Made by a program: the position numbers and the translations under genes. Under the pieces are notes generated by a model that was not told the DNA's origin, searched no databases, and saw only the letters and a list, made by a program, of their open reading frames with translations. This document shows, piece by piece, positions 1 to 8,753 of a stretch of 16,134 bases of DNA (positions are counted from its first letter, which is position 1; every line of letters begins with the position of its first letter). Origin of the DNA: an uncultured Deinococcales bacterium (GTDB lineage Bacteria; Deinococcota; Deinococci; Deinococcales; JAAFIG01). The stretch covers positions 1-16,134 of the forward strand of contig CAXTTL010000106.1 of assembly GCA_964247135.1 (NCBI GenBank). The letters are read 5' to 3'.

Positions 1-216
1 GCCCGGTTCCCGCTGCGGAAAACTGAGGACTTCGGTGGTCGCGTCCTCGCCCCAAAGCTCGAGTTTTAACGCCCGCAATTTTTCGTCGTCCGCCAAAATC
101 AGACAGACATCGCTCTGCACATTGTGGTCTCGCATCAAACGGTTCATGACCGCCCGCAATTTTGGACGCAAGCCTAATTTAACACGTGTTTCGGCGACAA
201 TCTCGAGTGCTGGCAT
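1..216 (-). CDS. ybeY: rRNA maturation endoribonuclease YbeY, 5' part (runs off the window start)
   Basis: Not in the ORF track. Manual translation from ATG 216: MPALEIVAETRVKLGLRPKLRAVMNRLMRDHNVQSDVCLILADDEKLRALKLELWGEDATTEVLSFPQREPG. The 'TEVLSFP' segment matches the YbeY T(D/E)VLSFP motif. An alternative in-frame ATG lies at 258. Confidence 0.88.
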   Translation of the reverse strand, partial: MPALEIVAETRVKLGLRPKLRAVMNRLMRDHNVQSDVCLILADDEKLRALKLELWGEDATTEVLSFPQREPG

Positions 217-223
217 CTTTAGG

Positions 224-232
224 AGCTTAGCA
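224..232 (-). promoter_or_regulatory. extended -10 element (TG-C-TAAGCT) for leaderless ybeY
   Basis: Minus strand reads TGC TAAGCT CCTAAAG ATG, 7 nt from the box to the start codon, with no SD. Confidence 0.55.
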
Positions 233-400
233 GTTGGGGCGGTTTTGGTGCGGGTCATTTTGTCCGATCTTGCGGTTTGAAGCTCATGCAGTCTTATTCA
301 TGGAATCTCGAGGAACCTTCATCAACAAGCCCGCAGCAAGGATTCTGAGTGGCGTCTCAGTCTGAATAAGTTAAACTCGAGCGAGTTGAAGGAGCAAGAC

Positions 401-2182
401 GTGTTAAAAACAAATTTACAAAAAATTCTGGGTTTACTGTTGACCATCTCAATCATCCCTGCGGTGCTGCTGGCATGGCAACGCGTTCAATTTGAAACCA
501 AATACCAAACCGTCGGCGTGGTCATGGATTACATCGACGCGGTCAAACAGGCTCGAGAGAACGGAATGCGCGAAGAGGATTTGTTCGCCCACTACAAAAG
601 TCTTGGCGTGAACGGCTTTGCAATTTACGAAGACGCGCTGGTCAAGCTGGTGCAACAAGACAAGGTCGTCTACCGCGACGGCTCGGCTTGGCGCAACGAA
701 CGCCTCAGCATTGGCAAAAGCGTGACCGGCATCGAATCCAGAAAGTATTACCTGCGTTCACTCGTGCCAGGCGTGGTCGGCACATTCATCAAAAAGTACA
801 AGTACCGTTACGAACCCGTCAAAATTGACGGCGTCCAGTGGTTGTCGCTGCCCATCGACATTGGCGGTTTGGCGGCAGGTCCAGACAATGCCCTGATTGC
901 CAACCTCGAGAAGCAAGGGTTTTTTGTGGTTTACCGCCCTTACGAGGAGTCCAGCCTGATCGATCCAGCTTCGGACTTTCCAAATGTGAAATACATTGTC
1001 TACGCCGGCGATCAGGTCACGGGCAATTCCGAGGTGCAAAAGCTCGAGAAAGTGATTGAGCGCACCAAAACCAAAATTACCGGCGTGATCGAAAGCGTTG
1101 ACCAAGCCGGCATGATTGACATTGCCAAAGTCAACCCTGTGGTGCGGGTCTTTGCGATTCCGGCGGCGTGGCAGGCGGTCTTGCAACCCGAAGAGATTGC
1201 CAGCAAGTTCGTGCTTGCCGCCCGCGAACGCAACCACCGTCTGCTGTACGTTCGCCCGTACCAGCGCATCGATGATACCGACACGTTTTTGACCAAAATT
1301 CGTGAAGGCTTGGACAAAGCCAAATTCACCATCGGGCAACCCGAGGCGCTCGAGTTCAGTCAAAATCAAACCTTGCGTCAATTGTCAATTATCGGTCCAA
1401 TCCTGGGTTTGATCTTGCTGGCAACCGTCATGCCTTGGACATTGTTGAGCCTTTTGCTGGTGGTTGGAATGCTCGGACTGGTCTTTGTCTTTGGCGATCA
1501 CGCTTACGGCAGCCTCGCGCTTCTGGCGGCTTGCGTTTTTCCGGCGCTGGGGTTTTCCCTCTCGAGGGACAGCGCCCTGGACTGGTTTAAAGCCACACTG
1601 ATTACCTTGATGGGCGCATTGTTCGTCAGTGCCATCGGCGTTGACCGCAACCAGGTGCTGGCACTCGAGCCGTTTAAAGGCGTGGCACTGACCTTGGTCG
1701 TGCCGCCAGCTTTGTTGGCGCTCGCCATGCTACCGAGGCGCGACATTCGTCAAACCATTCGCGGTTTGTGGGGCATTCAACTCAACCTCGGCACACTGGT
1801 TTTAATTGGCATTGGCATTGCCGCCGTGGCACTGGTTGTCCTGCGGCGCGGCAACACCACCAGCGGCGCGAGCATCTCGCCCACCGAAGCCAAAGTTCGC
1901 GCCGCCCTGCAAGACAGCCTGATTCGACCGCGCACCAAAGAAATTTTGTTGCATCCTGCCGCACTGCTCGGACTCTCGAGCGGCTGGCCACTTTGGTTTT
2001 CCAACATTCTGCTGCTGGCAGGCGTGATCGGACAGGGCAGCATCGTGGACAGTTTCGCGCACTATCACACGCCACTCTTGATTACGCTTTTGCGCACCGT
2101 CAACGGACTGGGTTTCGGTTTGGCGATCAGCATTGTGACCGTGCTGGTGGTGCAATTCGCCAAACGATACTTTGAAGATTGA
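401..2182 (+). CDS. DUF5693-family membrane protein
   Basis: N-terminal TM segment, large soluble domain, then a multi-TM C-terminus with '[11 protein letters not shown]' and '[15 protein letters not shown]'. SD AAGGAG (389-394) favours GTG 401 over TTG 386. Confidence 0.8.
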   Translation: MLKTNLQKILGLLLTISIIPAVLLAWQRVQFETKYQTVGVVMDYIDAVKQARENGMREEDLFAHYKSLGVNGFAIYEDALVKLVQQDKVVYRDGSAWRNERLSIGKSVTGIESRKYYLRSLVPGVVGTFIKKYKYRYEPVKIDGVQWLSLPIDIGGLAAGPDNALIANLEKQGFFVVYRPYEESSLIDPASDFPNVKYIVYAGDQVTGNSEVQKLEKVIERTKTKITGVIESVDQAGMIDIAKVNPVVRVFAIPAAWQAVLQPEEIASKFVLAARERNHRLLYVRPYQRIDDTDTFLTKIREGLDKAKFTIGQPEALEFSQNQTLRQLSIIGPILGLILLATVMPWTLLSLLLVVGMLGLVFVFGDHAYGSLALLAACVFPALGFSLSRDSALDWFKATLITLMGALFVSAIGVDRNQVLALEPFKGVALTLVVPPALLALAMLPRRDIRQTIRGLWGIQLNLGTLVLIGIGIAAVALVVLRRGNTTSGASISPTEAKVRAALQDSLIRPRTKEILLHPAALLGLSSGWPLWFSNILLLAGVIGQGSIVDSFAHYHTPLLITLLRTVNGLGFGLAISIVTVLVVQFAKRYFED

Positions 2183-2194
2183 CCCTCGAGCCAA

Positions 2195-2226
2195 GGCGCA
2201 TAACCATGCGCCCCTACATTTTTTTT
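2195..2226 (+). terminator. possible intrinsic terminator after the DUF5693 gene
   Basis: Stem GGCGCAT-AACC-ATGCGCC followed by an 8-T run, which is offset from the stem by 6 nt. Confidence 0.4.
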
Positions 2227-2247
2227 ATTTGGCATTTTTGGAGCGAC

Positions 2248-2871
2248 ATGACTTTAGAACGCCACAACCGCATTCGAGCCGTGCTCGACAAGCGTCAACC
2301 CGATTTGACCGTGCTGCTCGAGCAAGTCCACAAACCCCACAACCTCTCCGCCATCTTGCGCTCTTGCGACGCGGTGGGCGTGCTCGAGGCGCATTGTGTG
2401 GCGCTTGAGGGACGACCCGCAACGTTTAGCGACACCAGCGCCAGTGCCGAAAAATGGGTTCCGCTCGTGACCCACGCCACCACCAAAGACGCCTTCTCGA
2501 GCCTCAAAGCCAAAGGTTTTCAGGTTTATGCCACGCACCTGTCCGAACGCGCCGTGGATTACCGCGAGGTCGATTACACCCGCCCGACCTGCATTTTGTT
2601 GGGCGCGGAAAAATGGGGCGTCAGCGATGAAGCCGCCAATGCCGCCGATGCCAACATTGTTGTTCCGATGAACGGCATGGTGCAAAGCCTGAACGTTTCC
2701 GTGGCTGCCGCCGTGATTTTGTTTGAAGCGCAACGCCAACGGCAAAAAGCAGGATTTTACGACAATGTGCGCCTTAAGCCAGATCAATACCAGACCCTCG
2801 AGTACGAGTGGTTGTACCCTCGAGAAGCCGAGATTTTGCGAGAACGCGGTGAAGCCTACCCAAACTTATAA
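2248..2871 (+). CDS. trmH: tRNA (guanosine(18)-2'-O)-methyltransferase, SpoU/SPOUT family
   Basis: '[29 protein letters not shown]', 'LGAEKWGVS' and '[14 protein letters not shown]' motifs. SD GGAG precedes ATG 2248. Confidence 0.93.
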   Translation: MTLERHNRIRAVLDKRQPDLTVLLEQVHKPHNLSAILRSCDAVGVLEAHCVALEGRPATFSDTSASAEKWVPLVTHATTKDAFSSLKAKGFQVYATHLSERAVDYREVDYTRPTCILLGAEKWGVSDEAANAADANIVVPMNGMVQSLNVSVAAAVILFEAQRQRQKAGFYDNVRLKPDQYQTLEYEWLYPREAEILRERGEAYPNL

Positions 2872-3153
2872 ACCAAGCTCGAGTCGCAATTTCACGGTGT
2901 CGCCCTCTTCAAGGTTTTCGGCTTTTCGGGCACTGGCTCGGATTGGCACAATGTACGAATCGTCTTTGGGAAACAACGAGGTTTTCCACTCGGTTTCACC
3001 GATGTACGCACGCACGGGAATCATGCCCCAGCCATACGTCACGAGCTTCGATGCGGCTTTTAACTCACGGCATTGTTTGGCTGGCACGGTCACAAAGTAC
3101 CACGGGGCTGGACCTCTCCAGAACCAGATTGCGCCACTAAACTCGAGATTCAT
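2866..3153 (-). CDS. DUF1905 domain-containing protein (95 aa)
   Basis: [24 protein letters not shown]...[31 protein letters not shown]... The start at ATG 3153 is supported by a -10 box 6 nt upstream. Confidence 0.85.
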   Translation of the reverse strand: MNLEFSGAIWFWRGPAPWYFVTVPAKQCRELKAASKLVTYGWGMIPVRAYIGETEWKTSLFPKDDSYIVPIRASARKAENLEEGDTVKLRLELGL

Positions 3154-3159
3154 GCGACC

Positions 3160-3165
3160 ATTATA
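3160..3165 (-). promoter_or_regulatory. -10 box TATAAT, leaderless start of the DUF1905 gene
   Basis: Minus strand TATAAT-GGTCGC-ATG. Confidence 0.7.
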
Positions 3166-3184
3166 TCCAACCTCGAGGGTCACA

Positions 3185-3610
3185 TTAGCTTGAGGACAGC
3201 TCTTGTTTTGCCCAGCGTTCCTGCACGGCATTTGCCAGCCACGCGCTGACATCTTGGGTGTTCGCGCCAGGCGTGAAAATGCCGTTGACACCAATTGCCT
3301 CGAGTTTGGGAATGTCCTCATCGGGAATAATGCCTCCGCCAAACAACAAAATATCGTTGGCGTTGCGTTCCTTGAGCAGTGCTCGAACTTCGACAAAATA
3401 GTGCATGTGCGCCCCAGAAAGCACGCTCAAGCCGATGGCGTCCACGTCTTCTTGCACGGCGGCGTTGACGATCATCTCGGCGGTTTGACGCAAACCCGTG
3501 TAAATCACTTCCATGCCCGCGTCACGAAGCGCTCGAGCAATGACTTTTGCACCGCGATCATGACCGTCTAAACCTGGTTTGGCAATTAAAACCCGTGCTT
3601 TTCGTTCCAT
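3185..3610 (-). CDS. cobalamin-binding domain protein (methylmalonyl-CoA mutase C-terminal/small subunit type)
   Basis: '[30 protein letters not shown]' (DxHxxG B12 motif), 'GLSVLSGAH' and 'GGGIIP'. Confidence 0.92.
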   Translation of the reverse strand: MERKARVLIAKPGLDGHDRGAKVIARALRDAGMEVIYTGLRQTAEMIVNAAVQEDVDAIGLSVLSGAHMHYFVEVRALLKERNANDILLFGGGIIPDEDIPKLEAIGVNGIFTPGANTQDVSAWLANAVQERWAKQELSSS

Positions 3611-3616
3611 AAAAGT

Positions 3617-3622
3617 ATTCTA
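3617..3622 (-). promoter_or_regulatory. -10 box TAGAAT, leaderless start of the B12-binding gene
   Basis: Minus strand TAGAAT-ACTTTT-ATG. Confidence 0.65.
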
Positions 3623-3630
3623 GCCGATTT

Positions 3631-4143
3631 TTAAGCGCGTTCGGATTTCTGGCGACCTCGAGCGCCCAAATCCACGACCTCAGCGCCAAAAATCTTTTTA
3701 TGCTCGAGGTTGAAGCGCACCAGGGTTCGTTTTGGGTGCGTGCCGTGATGCCCACACGCGCCAGGGTTCATGTACAAAATCCCTTGCGCGTCGCGTTCGA
3801 TGCGCAAAATGTGCGAGTGACCGCAAACCAGAATGTCGGGTTTTTCGGCGGCAATGCTGGCTCGAGCGATGGGGTCATAACGTCCTGGCGTGCCGACAAT
3901 ATGCCGAATCAAAACCTTAAAACCTTCACGGTTTAACACTTGTTCTTCTGGAATGCTCGAGAATGTCGCGTGAGAGTCAATATTGCCGATTACGGCAACC
4001 ACGGGCGCAACGGTTTGGAGCGTTGAAATGATCTCGAGCGAACCCAAATCGCCCGCGTGCCAGATTTCGTCCACGCCCGCCAATGCCTCGAGAATGTCCG
4101 CGCCCATAAAACCGTGGGTGTCTGAAAGTAAACCAATTCGCAC
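3631..4143 (-). CDS. metallophosphoesterase, YfcE/MJ0936 family
   Basis: Calcineurin-like motifs SDTHG, HAGD, GNID, GHSH and NPG. GTG start. Confidence 0.9.
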   Translation of the reverse strand: MRIGLLSDTHGFMGADILEALAGVDEIWHAGDLGSLEIISTLQTVAPVVAVIGNIDSHATFSSIPEEQVLNREGFKVLIRHIVGTPGRYDPIARASIAAEKPDILVCGHSHILRIERDAQGILYMNPGACGHHGTHPKRTLVRFNLEHKKIFGAEVVDLGARGRQKSERA

Positions 4144-4149
4144 CAGTAA

Positions 4150-4155
4150 ATTCTA
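4150..4155 (-). promoter_or_regulatory. -10 box TAGAAT, leaderless start of the metallophosphoesterase gene
   Basis: Minus strand TAGAAT-TTACTG-GTG. Confidence 0.65.
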
Positions 4156-4277
4156 CCCCGAGATTCGCACGGTTCTCGCACCTCGAGACTAAACTTCATC
4201 ACTTTTCTGGAACGCTTTGCTCTAGCACCGCGTATTGTCATGCAAAGGGTTCATTCAAAACCCTATGGAGGCTGGAA

Positions 4278-5222
4278 ATGGGATTCGGAATTTTATTGAT
4301 GATTGCAGGCGTGGCGGCACTGATCGCCGCCAGTGTCAACAAACAAATGGCAAACTTACGCGGTTTGGGCGTGGCGGGTTTGGGTGTGGGCGTTCTGATT
4401 TTTATTGCGGCTGAAGCATTTGTCAGCGTTCCAGTCGGCAGCGTCGCCATTGTTGTCAACCGCTTGACAGGTTTAAAACCAGGGGCGCTCGAGCCAGGGG
4501 CGCACATTGTGCTGCCAGGCATCGAAACCCCGTTTTATTACAACACCCGTTTGCAAGAACTGACCCTCTCGAGGCGCGGTGAAGGTGGTCCAGACGTTGA
4601 CGAAAGCATCAAGGCGCTCTCAAAAGAGGGACTCGAGATTTCGGCGGACGTGACGGTGCAATTTCAGATTATTCCCAGCAAAGCGCCCGATCTTCACCAA
4701 CAAATCGGCACGGATTACATCAACGTGGTGATTCGTCCGCAGGTGCGCAGCAAAGTCCGTGACAGCATCGGTCAGTTCAATGCCACGGACCTGATCAGCA
4801 CCAAACGCAAAGCCCTCGAGAACAATGTGATTGCCGCCTTGGAAGGTGTTTTCAAAGATGCGAACCTCGAGTTGAAAGCCGTCTTGTTGCGCGAGTTGCG
4901 AATTCCTGACAGTGTGGCAAAAGCCATCGAGGAAAAACAAACCGCCGAGCAACGCGTGCAAACCGAAAAGAACAACCGCGATGCCGAACGGATTCGGGCA
5001 GATACGGTCTTTATCACGGCACAGGGCGCCGCCAAAGCCGCAGTCGCCAAAGCCAAAGGTGAGGCACAGGCTTTGAGCTTGCGTGGTGCGGCGCTCAAAA
5101 ACAACCCCCAATTGATTCAACTGACCGTTGCCGAAAAACTCGCGCCGACCGTGCAAACCATCATGATGCCGTCAACGGGCAATTTCTTGCTGAACTTGGA
5201 TTCGTTGACCAAAGCGAAGTAG
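4278..5222 (+). CDS. SPFH/prohibitin (band 7) membrane protein
   Basis: Two N-terminal TM helices, 'SKEGLEISADVTVQF', 'IRPQVRSKVRD', and an Ala-rich coiled coil 'AIEEKQTAEQ...AKGEAQA'. SD GGAGG. Confidence 0.9.
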   Translation: MGFGILLMIAGVAALIAASVNKQMANLRGLGVAGLGVGVLIFIAAEAFVSVPVGSVAIVVNRLTGLKPGALEPGAHIVLPGIETPFYYNTRLQELTLSRRGEGGPDVDESIKALSKEGLEISADVTVQFQIIPSKAPDLHQQIGTDYINVVIRPQVRSKVRDSIGQFNATDLISTKRKALENNVIAALEGVFKDANLELKAVLLRELRIPDSVAKAIEEKQTAEQRVQTEKNNRDAERIRADTVFITAQGAAKAAVAKAKGEAQALSLRGAALKNNPQLIQLTVAEKLAPTVQTIMMPSTGNFLLNLDSLTKAK

Positions 5223-5241
5223 GCGTTGGCAAATAGCCTTG

Positions 5242-5278
5242 AAGCTCGAGTTTCTGAATCTGGAGGCTCGAGCTTTTT
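5242..5278 (+). terminator. intrinsic terminator built from two CTCGAG copies
   Basis: AAGCTCGAG (5242-5250) pairs with CTCGAGCTT (5267-5275), extended by G-U pairs and ending in a T-run, about 20 nt after the SPFH stop. Confidence 0.75.
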
Positions 5279-5332
5279 GTCGATCAGAATCCCTTTTAAA
5301 GCTGACTTTGATATTTTGAAAATGAACCTAAG

Positions 5333-5426
5333 CTCCCCTCTCTCCGAGGAGAGAAGCGCCCAAGCCCGTCAGCGACCATGCCCGTGAGGTACGTTTTATG
5401 GTCAAGAAGGTCGGGGATGAGAGGGA
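5333..5426. repeat. REP-like nested palindromic intergenic element
   Basis: Hairpin TCTCTC-CGAG-GAGAGA (5339-5354), stem GACCAT (5374-5379)/ATGGTC (5398-5403), and outer CCCTCTC/GAGAGGG complementarity. Single copy in the window. Confidence 0.4.
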
Positions 5427-5428
5427 AC

Positions 5429-6424
5429 TCACCTCGATTTTTCAAAGTTCCGCTTGGGTTGCCACAACGGCGTGTTTAAAAGCGTCATCAAACTCGAGCT
5501 GCCCGAGTTTTGGGTTTGTTGGTATTCGCTCAAGGTCAGGTGATCTTCGGGCAGGGTTTTGCTGAGGCTCATGCCGTACTCGAGCGGGTACGCGCCCATG
5601 CCGTAGGCGCTGGGTCCGGTTTGGGTGGCGACGGCGGCGCCGATGTTGTACTCGCGCAACGTGCCGACGTTGAGCCGACTTTTTTTGATGGCGCGTTCCA
5701 TCTGCTCCAGGCTGCCGTCATCGCTGACGCTGGCGATGATCACGCTGACTGGCGCGTCGCCAAAGTGTCGCTCGAGGTCATGAACCATGCTGATCAAGGC
5801 GGTGTCTTCAAAGGCGCGTCCGGTTGGAACGACCCTGCCGTCTTGAAACGAAAGGATTGGACGGATGTTGAGCCAGTCGCTCAGCCAAGTGCCGCTGCCG
5901 GCGGCGAGTTTGGAATTTTTGAGGTAATGCAGGTCGCGCACGGTCATGCGTGAAACCATCGAGTCGCGCATGGCACTCAGGGCGGTGGTCAGGTCGAGCA
6001 TCGTGCCGCCCCAGGAGTTGATTTGTGTGGCGTACAAGACCAGTTCGCCCAGGAACGCCGTGCCGACCCTCGAGTCGAGGATTTGAATGCGGTCCTCGGC
6101 ATCCAGATTTTCGATGGCTTCTCTGGCGTGACAAATGGTGCTCGAGAAGTCGCTGGAGACGTGCAAACTGAGGATTGAATCAAATTCTTTGAGGCTCTCG
6201 CGGTAGACTTTTTCAAAGGCTTCGACGGTTGGCGCTTCGGTGGTCGGTAGGGGCGCGTCTGGGTGTTCCTCGAGAAACTCGAAGACTTCATCGGCGGTGA
6301 CTTCAAAGCCGTCTTGCAAAGGTTGCCCACCGAGGATGACGGTCATTGGAATGGCGACTGCGCCCAAGCGTGCAAGGTGGTCGCTCGAGAGTTCGCAGTT
6401 TGAATCTGTGACTATTCCGATCAC
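5429..6424 (-). CDS. DegV/FakB-family protein, divergent, with C-terminal extension
   Basis: 'IGIVTDSNCEL', 'LPTTEAP', 'SLHVSSDFSST', 'ILDSR' and 'LNIRPILSFQDG'. GTG start with SD AAGGA. Confidence 0.85.
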   Translation of the reverse strand: MIGIVTDSNCELSSDHLARLGAVAIPMTVILGGQPLQDGFEVTADEVFEFLEEHPDAPLPTTEAPTVEAFEKVYRESLKEFDSILSLHVSSDFSSTICHAREAIENLDAEDRIQILDSRVGTAFLGELVLYATQINSWGGTMLDLTTALSAMRDSMVSRMTVRDLHYLKNSKLAAGSGTWLSDWLNIRPILSFQDGRVVPTGRAFEDTALISMVHDLERHFGDAPVSVIIASVSDDGSLEQMERAIKKSRLNVGTLREYNIGAAVATQTGPSAYGMGAYPLEYGMSLSKTLPEDHLTLSEYQQTQNSGSSSLMTLLNTPLWQPKRNFEKSR

Positions 6425-6470
6425 GAGGCTGTCCTTGGTAGGCTGCGATTTGGCGCTTGTTGGTTGGGCT

Positions 6471-6516
6471 GGTGATAAGGTACTGGGTTGATAATGTACT
6501 GGGTGACAAAATTCTG
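6471..6516. repeat. three imperfect tandem 15-16 nt direct repeats
   Basis: GGTGATAAGGTACTG / GGTTGATAATGTACTG / GGTGACAAAATTCTG. Confidence 0.6.
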
Positions 6517-6766
6517 AACGTTTGTCCTTGGTTCAAGTTAACGTTCATTCTTAAGAACTCGGCGCGTTTTTGATGAGGACAAAAACCCTTCAAAATATTC
6601 AAGCCGACGCAAGTGCGTGACCGACGCTCGAGGCGTGTCATTTGGATAACGTGGGCTTCTCAGGCGAGCGGGCTAGGATTGACTGGTTTCTGGAGGTCTT
6701 CATGAATTTTCTTTGCAGCCAAGCAGGTTTGATGTGTAAAACAGGCTCGAGCATTGGGGCACGACC

Positions 6767-7960
6767 GTGAACATTGCGGTCTTGTGTCATCCGAGCGCCG
6801 GAGGTTCGGGCGTGGTCGCCACCGAGTTGGCGCTGGCGATGGTGGGTTTGGGACATTCGGTGCACATGGTGGCGACCCAAGTTCCGTTTCGTTTAAATGC
6901 CATGCGTTTGCCGCGATTGATGCCCGAAACCCAAAACTCGAGTGAACTTCAACTGGGCGAGGTGTACTTTCATCAGATCGAAAACGCCAATTATCCTCTT
7001 TTCGAGCAACCCCTGACCACGTTGGCAGCCGTGAATACTTTGGTCGAGGTGATTGAAGAGTTTGAGATTGATCTGGTTCACGCGCATTACGCCATTCCGC
7101 ACGCCACCAGCGCCCTGCAAGCCAGGGAAATGCTGGGGCGCACCAAAGTCGTGACCACCTTGCACGGCACAGATGTCACACTGGTCGGACTCGAGCCGTC
7201 TTTTTTGCGCACGACCCGTTACGCCATTGAAGCCAGCGACGCCGTGACCGCCGTCTCGGGTTATTTGGCGAACCACACCAACACGGTCATGGGCGCAAAG
7301 AAAAACATTGATGTGGTTTACAACTGGGTGGATGTGGAGCGTTTTGCACCGATTCTCGAGGCGAGTTACCGCGCTCGGTTTGCGCTGGAAGGCGAGGCGC
7401 TGATTGTTCACACCTCAAATTTTCGCACGGTCAAACGCCCGCTCGATGTGATCCAAACTTTTGCCGGCATTGCCGCCAAACAACCCGCACGGCTTTTAAT
7501 GGTCGGCGACGGTCCAGAACGCCCACGCTGTTTGGCGCTTGCCAAGCAACTCGGTATCGCCCAGCGCGTGCATTTTATTGGGTCACTGCCGAACGTCGAA
7601 ATGATTTTGGGCGTGGCAGATTTGTTCTTGCTGCCCTCCAGCCAAGAATCCTTTGGTTTGGTGGCGCTCGAGGCGATGTCTTGCGGCGTGCCAGTCATCT
7701 CGAGCGACGCGGGCGGACTGCCCGAGGTGAACATCAACGGCGAAACCGGTTTTACCTGCGCGGTCGGCGATACCGGCGCCATGATCGCGGCGTCCTTGGA
7801 GGCGCTCGAGCCTGAGCGCCATGCCCTCATGCGCGAGGCGGCGCGAGCCAGGGCAATCACGCATTTTCACCAGGATGTGATTTTGCCCAATTACGTTCGG
7901 GTTTACGAAAACGTGCTGAAAGGCTCGAGATTGCACCACCCTGGGGTTGTTGCGGGTTGA
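6767..7960 (+). CDS. bshA: N-acetyl-alpha-D-glucosaminyl L-malate synthase (bacillithiol biosynthesis, GT4)
   Basis: 'GGSGVVATELA', 'HAHYAIPHA', 'TTLHGTDVTLVG', 'HTSNFRTVKR' and 'ESFGLVALEAMSCGVPV'. Confidence 0.93.
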   Translation: MNIAVLCHPSAGGSGVVATELALAMVGLGHSVHMVATQVPFRLNAMRLPRLMPETQNSSELQLGEVYFHQIENANYPLFEQPLTTLAAVNTLVEVIEEFEIDLVHAHYAIPHATSALQAREMLGRTKVVTTLHGTDVTLVGLEPSFLRTTRYAIEASDAVTAVSGYLANHTNTVMGAKKNIDVVYNWVDVERFAPILEASYRARFALEGEALIVHTSNFRTVKRPLDVIQTFAGIAAKQPARLLMVGDGPERPRCLALAKQLGIAQRVHFIGSLPNVEMILGVADLFLLPSSQESFGLVALEAMSCGVPVISSDAGGLPEVNINGETGFTCAVGDTGAMIAASLEALEPERHALMREAARARAITHFHQDVILPNYVRVYENVLKGSRLHHPGVVAG

Positions 7961-7985
7961 AGCTTCAACACAAGCCAAGTTGGTC

Positions 7986-7991
7986 TAAACT
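7986..7991 (+). promoter_or_regulatory. -10 box TAAACT (overlapping CTCGAG), leaderless start of the DinB gene
   Basis: TAAACT-CGAGTC-ATG, no SD. Confidence 0.6.
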
Positions 7992-7997
7992 CGAGTC

Positions 7998-8513
7998 ATG
8001 AACTTTGATCTTTTCTTAAGCCGTTTTCAAGCCACACCAGATACTTTGAATGCCCTGCTGCAAGCTGTTCCGCCCGAGGTTGCGCGTTGGAAACCGAATT
8101 TGGACTCTTGGAGCATACTCGAGGTGATCTGTCATATGGCGGACGAAGAACGCAAAGACTTTCGCCCGCGTTTAAAATCGCTCTTGTTCGATGACCCTGC
8201 CGGAATGAGCATCACGCCCATCGACCCGCCTGCCTGGGTGGTTGAAGGCAAGTACAACGCCCGAGATTTAAATGATTGCCTGACAGATTTTAGCCTCGAG
8301 CGTCAAGGATCGCTCGAGTGGTTGCGCGGTTTGCCAGCAGATTTAGCGCTCGAGCGAAGCGCACCAGACCGTGACATCAGCGCGGGACAAGTGCTTTACT
8401 CGTGGTTGGCACACGATTATTTGCACCTTCGCCAGATCACACGGCTACATTACGACTTTTTGGCGCTCAAAGCACAAGGATTCGATATTGGTTATGCGGG
8501 AACCTGGCGTTAA
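7998..8513 (+). CDS. DinB/YfiT-superfamily protein (candidate thiol S-transferase)
   Basis: 'WSILEVICHMADEE' and 'WLAHDYLHLRQI' supply the three-His metal site pattern. Confidence 0.85.
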   Translation: MNFDLFLSRFQATPDTLNALLQAVPPEVARWKPNLDSWSILEVICHMADEERKDFRPRLKSLLFDDPAGMSITPIDPPAWVVEGKYNARDLNDCLTDFSLERQGSLEWLRGLPADLALERSAPDRDISAGQVLYSWLAHDYLHLRQITRLHYDFLALKAQGFDIGYAGTWR

Positions 8514-8613
8514 GTGTAAACACAGCCCAACTCAAAATCGGTATATTCGCTAAAGTTTTGTGTCCTTTGCAGCCCCCAGCACAAATAAACCATGCAATTG
8601 AGTAGCAATAGAG

Positions 8614-8641
8614 TTGACAGCCACGCCAAAAAACCTAAAAT
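8614..8641 (+). promoter_or_regulatory. sigma70-type promoter for spoVS
   Basis: TTGACA (8614-8619), 16-nt spacer, TAAAAT (8636-8641). Confidence 0.65.
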
Positions 8642-8753
8642 ATAGCCAATCTTCTCGAGTTCACCTGCTTCATCGTCTCGCTCGAGCTTGAGTTTGTGTC
8701 GCGGTTCCAGCGTAAACCCATCAAAGAGCATGACGCTGTACAAGGAGGTTGTG

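Noticed and set aside
35-280. 81-aa plus-strand ORF
   Set aside because: Antisense shadow of ybeY, which has a recognisable motif on the minus strand.
293-370. SAM-I riboswitch
   Set aside because: Only the outer CTTAT/ATAAG stem resembles it. The conserved kink-turn and GCAACC core are missing, and the gene context does not fit.
3154-3396. N-terminal extension of the 176-aa ORF 2866..3396
   Set aside because: Overlaps the B12-binding gene in another frame. The DUF1905-like sequence and a -10 box point to ATG 3153.
6303-6945. ORFs 6303..6641, 6638..6880 and 6754..6945
   Set aside because: No recognisable motifs, they overlap degV or bshA, and they lack convincing start signals.
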